NCBI GenBank assembly: GCA_034422795.1
Contig: DAOUJK010000022.1
Location: forward strand, 134,556-198,555
Direction: 5' to 3'
DNA: 64,000 nucleotides
DNA from: Dehalococcoidia bacterium
GTDB taxonomy: Bacteria; Chloroflexota; Dehalococcoidia; Lucifugimonadales; Australimonadaceae
Under the pieces are notes generated by a model. It did no database searches. It had not been told where the DNA came from and was given only the letters and a program-made list of their open reading frames with translations. The translations under genes were made by a program, and so were the position numbers. The first letter of the stretch is position 1. Every line of letters begins with the position of its first letter. Positions 16,501 through 23,832 of this stretch are shown here, piece by piece.

Positions 16501-18625
16501 GCAATTTCGCGTCTTCCAGCCATGCCACTGCCGTGCGCACCCGCGTATCGTCAGTTGTTCTATCGCGCTCGAATTCGTGGTCTTCGTCCCCAATGAGTAT
16601 CTCCCCCGGCGTGGCCACCACTTCGCCGTCCGAGCGGTTCCTCTTGTTCAGGTTGCGCAGCGCTTTCAGGACGCCGTGTATCTCTTGTCGTGTGAGGCGC
16701 GAACGGGCTGACAGCCCGAACTGGCGCTCCACGTCGTCCATCGTGTACAGCAGCACGCAGCGCGCTGCCTGCTGGTCACGACCGGCCCTGCCCGCTTCCT
16801 GCAGGTAGTTCTCCAGGGAGCCGGGGATGTCTGCGTGAATCACGAGGCGGATGTCCGGCTTATCGATGCCCATGCCGAAGGCATTGGTGGCGGCGATGAC
16901 GCGGAGGCGGCCCTCGATGAAACTCTCTTGGACGTTTTTCTTGGTCTCCGGCGGCAACTCCCCGTGAAAGTAGTCCGCTTCCATGCCCTTGTCCTGAAGG
17001 AACTCTGCGACTTCCCTCGTCTGCCGCCGCGTTGCGCAGTAGACGATCGCTCCGCCGGTTTCATGTGCTGGCAGGTCGGACTCGATGAACTGGTGGATGT
17101 GTTCGAATTTCTCGCTGGCGCTTGTCCGTACTACCACGAAGTCGAGGTTGGCACGCTCAGTGCCACCGTTGAAAACCTCGAGCGTGATTCCGAGTTCTTT
17201 CTGAAAGTAGTCAACAATATCCGCCTCGACGTCAGGCTTGGCAGTTGCGGTCAGACACAGCACCGGCGGCACAGTCTCGTTTCCGGCTCGCTCGCGGATG
17301 AACCGCCCGACGTAGCGGTAGTCCGGCCGGAAGTCGTGCCCCCACTTGGAGAGGCAGTGCGCCTCGTCCAGCACCCAAGCGCCTATCTCCCTTTGCGCCA
17401 GAACGCGGCGGACGGCGACGCCGCGCAGCTGCTCAGGTGAAATGATGAGGAGACCGGCGTCTCCCAACCGCACACGGTCGAGAGCGTCGGCTCGCTCAGG
17501 CATGGACAAGAGGCTGTTGATAGTGACGCAGGAATCGATGCCCCGTTTCTCCAAGCCCGCCACCTGATCGCCCATGAGCGCCACCAGCGGTGAGATGATT
17601 ACCGTCAGCGCGCCGGTCTTGTCGTAGCGGGACAGCGCTGGAACCTGATAGCAGAGCGATTTCCCCGCGCCGGTCGGCAGGATCGCCAGTGTGTGCTCCC
17701 CCGCCATCGCAGCCTCTACGACGGAGTGTTGTATGGAACGTCCGGCTTTGTCCGCCGGTTTCGATCGGAAATCGCTGAAGCCGAACCAGCGGGCGAGTTC
17801 CTTGCGGGCGTCGTGCCGCTCAGCGCACCACAAGCAGCCAGCGTCGGTGCAGGGCGCATCCCGCAACCGGCGCACTAGTTGGCCTGCTTCGGGGAACTGG
17901 TACCGCACCCAGGGAGGCATAATCGAATTGCCTCCTGATACGGACAGCCAAGCCAGCGCGTAGGCGAGCGCCCAACCCTGTTCGTTAGGACGCGCCGTGA
18001 CCTCGCGTGCCTGTGTCCGGCAGGAGTTCCCTTCCAGTTGCGCTTGTATAACGTCGCGCGCCTCGGCATCTGATGGCCGTGGCAAGCCCCGCAGTGATGC
18101 GAAGACCTTGTCGAACCCCGCGCCGTACTCTGCCGTAGTGAGCCAGTGCCAAGCGGTCAGAAGATTGGGTGGCGCGTCGCGAAATGCTGTCAACTGGTTC
18201 TCGAACACCTGCAGCGTTAGTCTCGCATCCAGTTCGGGGTCGTTGCGGCGTCCCCGTTTGAGTTGCCCATCCTGATAGTGCTTGACCAGGTGGTGATACG
18301 GGTTGCGAGGGAAAGCCAAGGGATTGAGCCTGAGGGTATCGACTGCGGGCTGTCCCAGCAGCCGGAGGCTTGGATCCGCAGTGCGCAGGTGAATCAGATC
18401 GAAAGCGATCAGGTTGTGACCCAGCAGGAAATCCGCCCCATCGGCAAAACGGTCCAGTCTGGCGAACGCATCAGCCCATGAGTGGCCGGCCCCTGAGAAG
18501 GAGAAGGAACGATTGGTGTCCGAGCGCACTGCGGCGAAGGCGCGGATGCGGCTGCCGTCCCTCAGGACTTCGAGGTCCAACGAGAGGCAACGGAACGGGA
18601 GCAGGCTGACGTTGTCGGACGCCAT
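13517..18625 (-). CDS. 1,702-aa multidomain protein: DEDD 3'-5' exonuclease + RecQ-family SF2 helicase + UvrD/PcrA-family SF1 helicase + unassigned C-terminal domain
   Basis: Exonuclease motifs are 'LSLDLEV', 'LLGHNLIAFDL' and 'NDPELDARL' (nt ~18191-18598). RecQ motifs are 'LPTGAGKS', 'DEAH', 'ATNAFGMGIDKPDIRLVIH' and 'QEAGRAGRD' (nt ~16706-17788). UvrD motifs are 'AGPGSGKT', 'LVDEYQD', 'VGDDDQNIY', 'DNYRSS', 'TAHRAKGLEFD' and 'YVAMTRA' (nt ~13961-15373). GAGAGGA lies before the ATG. The gene is visibly AT-richer than its neighbours. Confidence 0.85.
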   Translation of the reverse strand: MASDNVSLLPFRCLSLDLEVLRDGSRIRAFAAVRSDTNRSFSFSGAGHSWADAFARLDRFADGADFLLGHNLIAFDLIHLRTADPSLRLLGQPAVDTLRLNPLAFPRNPYHHLVKHYQDGQLKRGRRNDPELDARLTLQVFENQLTAFRDAPPNLLTAWHWLTTAEYGAGFDKVFASLRGLPRPSDAEARDVIQAQLEGNSCRTQAREVTARPNEQGWALAYALAWLSVSGGNSIMPPWVRYQFPEAGQLVRRLRDAPCTDAGCLWCAERHDARKELARWFGFSDFRSKPADKAGRSIQHSVVEAAMAGEHTLAILPTGAGKSLCYQVPALSRYDKTGALTVIISPLVALMGDQVAGLEKRGIDSCVTINSLLSMPERADALDRVRLGDAGLLIISPEQLRGVAVRRVLAQREIGAWVLDEAHCLSKWGHDFRPDYRYVGRFIRERAGNETVPPVLCLTATAKPDVEADIVDYFQKELGITLEVFNGGTERANLDFVVVRTSASEKFEHIHQFIESDLPAHETGGAIVYCATRRQTREVAEFLQDKGMEADYFHGELPPETKKNVQESFIEGRLRVIAATNAFGMGIDKPDIRLVIHADIPGSLENYLQEAGRAGRDQQAARCVLLYTMDDVERQFGLSARSRLTRQEIHGVLKALRNLNKRNRSDGEVVATPGEILIGDEDHEFERDRTTDDTRVRTAVAWLEDAKLLTREENRVQMFPSSLRVRSLQEASARLAKASIGGTGRRQLLKIAATLFEADPDEGISTDELMSASGLTPEGVRSALHDLERLGIAANDTVLTAFVHEKVKRSSRQRFDEAAELERATIDLLRETAPDMGISETTTLHLRLASQRLKDDGYKKAPPERLRRIVRSIAADGRGEGGGGGSLGLRGVNRDAIQVTLQREWGLLEKTAELRRAAAKRLLDHLLACLPAESRGTDRLSKTTVGDLLKAITSDMTLMQEVREPSKLVDRALLWLHEQEVVRLNKGLAVFRPAMTIRLKQERRGFARTDFEPLNLHYKEQTLQIHVMAEYAMRGLGAIADAVQMTMEYFSLRQQDFLRRWLPERDKDLSRQTTPESWQAIVESLNNPVQRSIVADEREQANVLVLAGPGSGKTRVLVHRIAYLVRAMRENPHSILALAYNRHAAVDIRRRLAELIGDDARGVVVLTCHALAMSLAGASFTGRANDLDDAEFKKILKEAVSLLRGEGLPSEEVDEQRTRLLAGFRWILVDEYQDIGPDEYALISALAGRTLSEEDDKLSLFAVGDDDQNIYTFKGASVRFIRQFEKDYAAKPVFLTDNYRSSSHIIATANAVIEPATQRMKSGHPIRISQVRKKEPPGGVWAQRDAVAQGRVQTLPAGDSSISQAQAVVAELQRLSNLTQDWSWASCAVIAREWSYLDPVRSLCEIEGIPVQMGNEDFSGTWRLRETQALLHWVRERDSRLITSVELNDWLETQPPGSWNELLLEAVGEYALETGGAETPVAHFIEWLAEWVREVRRRQRGLLLTTAHRAKGLEFDHVAVLDGGWERVERRDADSSRRLYYVAMTRARQTLTLARFPGAHPFQDALPDSPAVLRRDEPLSLLAPALELARTYRRLSLRDVDLGFAGRKRPGDHIHYAIASLAPGDPLTVRVKSHPWELMDSAGAVVGRLAHRFEPDAGMRCIAASVLAIATWNREISDSEYQGGVQCEAWEVVVPELVFEPE

Positions 18626-18639
18626 ACTACAATCCTCTC

Positions 18640-19390
18640 AAGTAGTTCCGCGTCGGAGTTGAGGTAACTTCTCACCGATACGGTCGCCCTAGATTAGCAG
18701 CCGTATCGACCACCGGCAGCAAGTCATTGTAGCCCCCCAACCCCGTGACACGTGCCCCTTTCGCGGTCGCGGCAGGGGCGCGTACGCTGGTAGATGACGG
18801 CGGAGCACCGCTCCGGCGGACGGCCCGTCGTCGGTGGACCTGCCCCGGTGCGGGGTGCCGGAGCGCGCCAAGCGCGTGCAGGAGTGGAATGGCCCACAAT
18901 GGCTCACTTTGGCGCACTTTTCGCGATCCCCCCGTGCGGTCCACGCCTGCGTTGGGGGAACCCTCACCCGCCGCTGCACGGCACCCTCTCCCAAGGGGCG
19001 AGGGGTACAAGGTGGCGCGGGAAGGACAACTGAGGACACGGGGCCACGGGAAGCACATCGGGTTGCACCCGGCATGGTCCTTGGACAAGCTCAGGATGAG
19101 CGGGGTGGGGTCGCAGGAGTGGAATGAGAAGAAATAGGACACAATCCTCAGCGATCTGCAGCGGGCCACGCCTGCCAGTCCCATCCGCAGGAGTGAAGCG
19201 GCATGCTCATTCCGGGCTATCCGCGCTCGGAAGCGAGCGTCAGCCGCTCATCTGTGCGCGTCAGCCGCTCATTCGTGGAGCACCCATGGCCGAGCCGTGG
19301 TCCATTCTGGACCCCCGCCGCGCGAAAACGACAGGCGCGCGGGTGTGATAGGCTACGGAATCCGCCGCCGGGTATGGCGGCACGAAGGGA
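18640..19390. repeat. Non-coding repeat cluster, right flank of the helicase islet
   Basis: Family E in inverted orientation (18745-18790), family C (18956-19015), family A in inverted orientation (19077-19103), 'gcaggagtggaatg' twice, and 'cgtcagccgctcat' twice (~19239-19272). The ORFs predicted here are repeat artefacts. Confidence 0.7.
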
Positions 19391-19400
19391 GTAACCAGTC

Positions 19401-19856
19401 TTGTCCGAGCGCTCTCTCGTTCTCCTCAAACCGGATGCCCTGCAGCGTGGCCTCGCAGGCAGGATCATCTCCCGGCTCGAAGACCGCGGGCTGCAGATCG
19501 TCGGCCTGAAGCTGATGCGGATGGACATGCCCACCGCCCAGCGCCACTACGCGGAGCACGTGGAGAAGCCGTTCTTCGCGGGGCTCGCCTCGTTCATGAT
19601 GTCCCGCCCGCTCGTCGCGATGGCGGTGCAGGGAAAGAACGCGGTGGAGGTCGTCCGCAAGACGATGGGGGCCACGAACCCCCAGAACGCGGAGCCCGGC
19701 ACGATACGCGGCGACCTGGCGGTGGACATCGGGCGGAACCTCATCCACGGCTCCGACTCTCCAGAGTCCGCCGAGCGCGAACTCGCCATCTTCTTCGCGG
19801 ACGGCGAACTGCTGGACTACGACCGCGAGGTCGAGCCCTGGGTCACTGAATCCTGA
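19401..19856 (+). CDS. ndk: Nucleoside-diphosphate kinase
   Basis: 'RSLVLLKPDALQRGL', 'YAEHVEKPFF' and 'NLIHGSDS' (active-site His). TTG start. Confidence 0.92.
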   Translation: MSERSLVLLKPDALQRGLAGRIISRLEDRGLQIVGLKLMRMDMPTAQRHYAEHVEKPFFAGLASFMMSRPLVAMAVQGKNAVEVVRKTMGATNPQNAEPGTIRGDLAVDIGRNLIHGSDSPESAERELAIFFADGELLDYDREVEPWVTES

Positions 19857-20211
19857 CGAGCTCTCTGCCCGCCCGCCATACCTGCTCCAGCCGGTAGAAG
19901 TCCCGCTGCTCCTCGCTGAACACGTGCACCACCACGTCGCCGAAGTCGAGCAGCACCCAGCCGGACTCCGCGGAGCCCTCGCGGTGATGGAGACCGAGCC
20001 CCGCCTTCTCCACGGCCTCGACGAGGTCATCGGCCAGCGCGTTCAGCTGGCGGACGCTGCCTGCCGTGAGCACCACCATGTAGTCGGCGAACCCCGAGAC
20101 GCCCCGCACGTCCAGCAGCACGATGTTGGAACCCTGCTTGTCCGACGCGGCGTCCACGGCTGTGCGGGCCGCCGCGCCTGCGTCCGGAGGTGTGCTCTGC
20201 TGCGTCGCCAT
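19843..20211 (-). CDS. rsfS: Ribosome silencing factor RsfS
   Basis: 'IVLLDVRGVSGFADYMVVLTAGSVRQ' and 'WVLLDFGDVVVHVFSEEQRDFYRLE'. The 3' end overlaps ndk convergently by 14 nt. Confidence 0.9.
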   Translation of the reverse strand: MATQQSTPPDAGAAARTAVDAASDKQGSNIVLLDVRGVSGFADYMVVLTAGSVRQLNALADDLVEAVEKAGLGLHHREGSAESGWVLLDFGDVVVHVFSEEQRDFYRLEQVWRAGRELVRIQ

Positions 20212-20381
20212 GCAGGGAGATTATAGGCGGGGCGCACAGCAACCGCGAAAGGGGAGCGCCAGATGTGACACGAGGGCCTTGCGGGAACGGCGGGAGGATG
20301 GAGATTATTGACCGTGCCTCATACGAGGCCTAGTCTGTTGATGAGCCCCGTTCGTATCAGGGGCCGGGAAAGGGTCCAGCG

Positions 20382-20588
20382 ATGCCCAGGCGCAGGGGTG
20401 CGGCGATGCGTAGACGCGAAGAAGACGCGATAACGATGGGAGTCGTGATCTTCTTCGTGGTAGCCTTGGCGTTCGCCGCCGTGGTGACCTACTGGGATAC
20501 TATCCTCCTGTTCCTGTCGTTCGCAGCGCTGGGGGCATTGTTCCTCGTGGCGCTGGTGCTGATGATGAAGTGGTGGGCACGATGGTAG
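20382..20588 (+). CDS. Hypothetical small membrane protein
   Basis: 68-aa ORF with an Arg-rich N-terminus and two hydrophobic helices. No family was recognised, and it may not be expressed. Confidence 0.3.
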   Translation: MPRRRGAAMRRREEDAITMGVVIFFVVALAFAAVVTYWDTILLFLSFAALGALFLVALVLMMKWWARW

Positions 20589-20747
20589 AGCAGGTGGAAA
20601 ACCATCAGTGTCCATCATTGTCTGAGCGGGTCGTACGGGTGGAGGAACAGATCAAGCACCTGCAATGGGAAGTCAGAGCGGTGCTCGTGGTCGTCGGGAC
20701 AGTCATCGTGGGGGCAGCAGGAGTCCAACTCTTCAGTTGAACGGGGC

Positions 20748-21932
20748 ATGGACGGACGCTTCAGCGCAACGGAACGCGGGAAACGGGTCGTCGTCGCCAT
20801 GTCGGGCGGCGTCGATTCGTCGGTCGCGGCGTACCTGCTGCACCGGCAGGGCTACGACGTCGTCGGCGTCACGATGCGGCTCTGGTCCGCGGACGAGGAC
20901 GACGTATCGCCGGACCACCAGGGCTGCTGCTCGATCCAGGACATCGAGGACGCCCGCCGCGTCTGCCAGGTCCTCGGCATCCCGCACTACGTCGTGGACG
21001 CGAGGCGCGAGTTCCGCGAGCACGTCGTCGCCTACTTCGTCAGCGAGTACGAACGCGGGCGCACGCCGCACCCCTGCATCGCCTGCAACGACCGCATCAA
21101 GTTCGACTTCCTGATGCGGCGCGCCGCCATGATGGACGCTGACTACGTCGCCACGGGCCACTACGCCCGCATCGAGCGCGACGCCTCTGACGGCGCGTGG
21201 GCGCTCCGCCAGGGCGTCGACGCGGCGAAGGACCAGTCCTACGTGCTGTTCGGGCTGGGGCAGGAGCAGTTGGGGCGCGTGCTGCTGCCGGTGGGCGGCT
21301 ACGCCAAGGACGAGATCCGGTCGCTGGCGAGCGAGGCCGGCTTCCATCTCGCTGACAAGGCCGACAGCCAGGAGATCTGCTTCATCCCCAGCGGCGACTA
21401 CCGCCGGTTCATGCGCAGGGAGTCGGCGCCGGAGCCGGGCGAGGTCGTGGACGCTTCCGGACGGGTCGTAGGCGAGCACGCCGGCATCGAGTTCTACACC
21501 GTCGGCCAGCGGCGCGGCATCGGCGTCCACCCTTCGGCGCTCGGCCTGCCGGACGGCGAGAAGCTCTTCGTGACGGCGGTCGACCCCGAGACGCGCCGCA
21601 TCACCGTCGGCGGGAGCGGCGACCTGCTCCGGCGCGGCGTGCGCGTGGGGGACGTCCGCTACGTCGCGGACACACGTCCCGCGGACGCCTGCCGCGTGAC
21701 GGCGAAGATACGCTACAACGGGCGATCCGCTCCCGCCGTCCTCCACCACGACGGCGACGGCGCGGTGCTATGGTTCGACGAGCCGCAGCGCGCCGTCACG
21801 CCGGGCCAGGCCGCCGTGTTCTACGACGGCGACCGCGTGCTCGGCGGCGGCTACATCGAGGGTCCCGCGGAAGCAGGGCTGCCGTCCACGAGCGGAGCGA
21901 ACGGCCCGGCCGGAGTACCGGCTGCCGTCTGA
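20748..21932 (+). CDS. mnmA: tRNA 2-thiouridine(34) synthase MnmA
   Basis: PP-loop 'VVVAMSGGVDSSVAA', 'HPCIACN', 'ATGHYAR' and 'KDQSYVL'. A ~25-aa low-complexity tail follows the usual 'GGGYIE' end. Confidence 0.92.
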   Translation: MDGRFSATERGKRVVVAMSGGVDSSVAAYLLHRQGYDVVGVTMRLWSADEDDVSPDHQGCCSIQDIEDARRVCQVLGIPHYVVDARREFREHVVAYFVSEYERGRTPHPCIACNDRIKFDFLMRRAAMMDADYVATGHYARIERDASDGAWALRQGVDAAKDQSYVLFGLGQEQLGRVLLPVGGYAKDEIRSLASEAGFHLADKADSQEICFIPSGDYRRFMRRESAPEPGEVVDASGRVVGEHAGIEFYTVGQRRGIGVHPSALGLPDGEKLFVTAVDPETRRITVGGSGDLLRRGVRVGDVRYVADTRPADACRVTAKIRYNGRSAPAVLHHDGDGAVLWFDEPQRAVTPGQAAVFYDGDRVLGGGYIEGPAEAGLPSTSGANGPAGVPAAV

Positions 21933-22016
21933 GGCCGGACAACGAACGGATACCCCATCCCCACGCAGCACGAGGAGCGCCGCCTCCTGCTGGAGGGCTA
22001 CGCTCGCGTCGCGGGA

Positions 22017-22586
22017 GTGGACGAGGTGGGGCGCGGCCCCATCGCCGGGCCGGTCGTCGCGGGCGCCGTCGTCCTCCCCGACCTGGACGGGTTCGAGCAC
22101 GAGGACCTGCCGCTCCTGCGCGACAGCAAGACGCTGAGGCCCGCCGAGCTGCGCCGCGCAGACCGTCTCGTTCGCGAGATAGCGGTCGCCATCGGCATCG
22201 GCGAGGCGAGCAACGACGAGATCGACCGCGAGGGCATCGCGCCCGCCTCCCGCATGGCGATGCGCCGCGCGCTCGAGCGTTTGGCCGAGCCCCCGGACCA
22301 CGTCCTCGTCGACGCCTTCCCGCTGGACTGGCAACGCAAGCCGTGCACCGCCATCGTCAAGGGTGACGCGCTCTGCACCGCCATCGCCGCCGCCTCCATC
22401 GTGGCGAAGGTCTACCGCGACAGCGTCATGCGGCGGCTGGACCGGCGCTATCCCGGCTACGGCCTCGGCGCGCACAAGGGCTATGCGTCCGCCCGGCACC
22501 TCGCCGCCGTCGCGGAGAAGGGGCCGTCGCCGGTGCACCGGCGCACCTTCTCGCCGTTCAAGCCGGTGCTGTTCACCGATGCCTAG
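22017..22586 (+). CDS. rnhB: Ribonuclease HII (true start probably upstream and non-canonical)
   Basis: 'VDEVGRGPIAGPVVAGAVVL', 'DSKTL' and 'AASIVAKVYRD'. The GTG at 22017 sits on the catalytic DE. The 28 in-frame codons upstream (...PTQHEERRLLLEGYARVAG) look like native RNase HII N-terminus but contain no ATG, GTG or TTG. Confidence 0.85.
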   Translation: MDEVGRGPIAGPVVAGAVVLPDLDGFEHEDLPLLRDSKTLRPAELRRADRLVREIAVAIGIGEASNDEIDREGIAPASRMAMRRALERLAEPPDHVLVDAFPLDWQRKPCTAIVKGDALCTAIAAASIVAKVYRDSVMRRLDRRYPGYGLGAHKGYASARHLAAVAEKGPSPVHRRTFSPFKPVLFTDA

Positions 22587-22953
22587 CGGACGCTCCAAAC
22601 TCGGCGCGCAGGGCGAGCGGATCGCGGCGGCGCACCTGGAGGCGCTCGGCCTCGCCATCGAGACGCGGAACTACCGCACGCGCTTCGGGGAGATCGACCT
22701 CGTCGCGCGGAACGGCGGGGAGACGGTGTTCGTGGAGGTCCGGACGAAGCGCAGCGGCGCCTACGGCACGCCGGAGGAGTCGCTCACGCCGCGCAAGCAA
22801 GCGCGGCTCGTGAAGGCCGCGCAGGAGTACCTCGCCGAGCATGGGCTCGCGGACACCTCGTGGCGGGTGGACCTCGTCGCCATCACCCTGCAGCCGGACG
22901 GCCCCGCGCAGATCACCCACGTCGAGTCCGCCGTGGAGGCTTCGGGGGAGTAG
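22579..22953 (+). CDS. yraN: YraN family (UPF0102) endonuclease-like protein
   Basis: 'GERIAAAHLEALGLAIETRNYRTRFGEIDLVARNGGETVFVEVRTK'. It overlaps the rnhB stop, which is the conserved rnhB-yraN pairing. Confidence 0.85.
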   Translation: MPSGRSKLGAQGERIAAAHLEALGLAIETRNYRTRFGEIDLVARNGGETVFVEVRTKRSGAYGTPEESLTPRKQARLVKAAQEYLAEHGLADTSWRVDLVAITLQPDGPAQITHVESAVEASGE

Positions 22954-22974
22954 GAAGAGGGCTGCGCCCCGCTG

Positions 22975-23808
22975 CTACCCTTCTCTCAGGCCCGCGAAGC
23001 CGATCACGCCCGGACCGGTGTGCGCCCCCACCGACGCCCCCACCGCCGCCGTGAACACGGGGTTGGCGGTGAATGCGGCGAGGTGCTCCGCCATCTCCCT
23101 TGCTTCCTCCTCCGGGACCCGGTGTATCACCGCCGCCTCCCGGTACGGAGCGCCCGCCGCCCCGATATCCCGCAGCCGCTGTACCGCCTTGGCCTTGGTG
23201 CGTACCTTCTCCCGCGGGTGCACTTCACCCTCCACCAGCGTCAGTATCGGTTTCATGGACAGGAGCGAGCCCAGCAGCGCCTGCGCGCTTCCGATGCGCC
23301 CCCCGCGCTTCAGGTACTCCAGGGTGTCCGGCACGAAGAACACCTCCGTGTTCGCCGCCGCGTTCCGCGCGGCCTCGGCTGTGCCGGCGGCGTCGGCGCC
23401 GGCGGCGACAGCGTCGGCGGCCACCTTCGCCACGAGCGTGACGCCTACCGACGCCAACTCCGTATCCACGATCTCCACTGTGGCGCCCGTCAACTCCGCC
23501 GCCGCGAGACGGGCCGAGTTGACCGTCCCGCTCAGCTTGCCCGAGACGTGCACCGACACGATGTCGTGCCCCGCTTCCACCAGCGGTCTGTAGACGTCCA
23601 GGAAGTCCCCAACGGAGGGCTGCGTCGTGGTCGGCATGACGTTGCCCGTGGTGAGCCGTTGGAAGAACTCGTCCTTGGTGATCTCCACGCCGTCCTTGAA
23701 TGCCTCCGACCCGAAGAAGACCGTGCAAGGGACGACCGAGATATCGAGCTCCCCGGCAACTTCTGCGGGAATGTCCGACGCGCTGTCCACTACGATTCTG
23801 ACCGCCAT
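22975..23808 (-). CDS. DegV family fatty-acid-binding protein (FakB-like)
   Basis: 'IVVDSASDIPAEV...VVPCTVFFG...TTQPSVGDF' indicates a DegV fold. It lies downstream of the DAK2/YloV gene. Confidence 0.85.
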   Translation of the reverse strand: MAVRIVVDSASDIPAEVAGELDISVVPCTVFFGSEAFKDGVEITKDEFFQRLTTGNVMPTTTQPSVGDFLDVYRPLVEAGHDIVSVHVSGKLSGTVNSARLAAAELTGATVEIVDTELASVGVTLVAKVAADAVAAGADAAGTAEAARNAAANTEVFFVPDTLEYLKRGGRIGSAQALLGSLLSMKPILTLVEGEVHPREKVRTKAKAVQRLRDIGAAGAPYREAAVIHRVPEEEAREMAEHLAAFTANPVFTAAVGASVGAHTGPGVIGFAGLREG

Positions 23809-23832
23809 ACCGACCTCCGTTGGGCGTCTCTG

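Noticed and set aside
13377-18790. Inverted copies of 'ccagcgtacgcg...aaggggc.cgtgtca' on both sides of the giant helicase gene, considered as terminal inverted repeats of a transposon
   Set aside because: The same element (family E) also occurs at 63554-63609, unrelated to the helicase. The flanks are mosaics of several generic repeat families. No transposase or target-site duplication was seen. Acquisition by another route is still possible.
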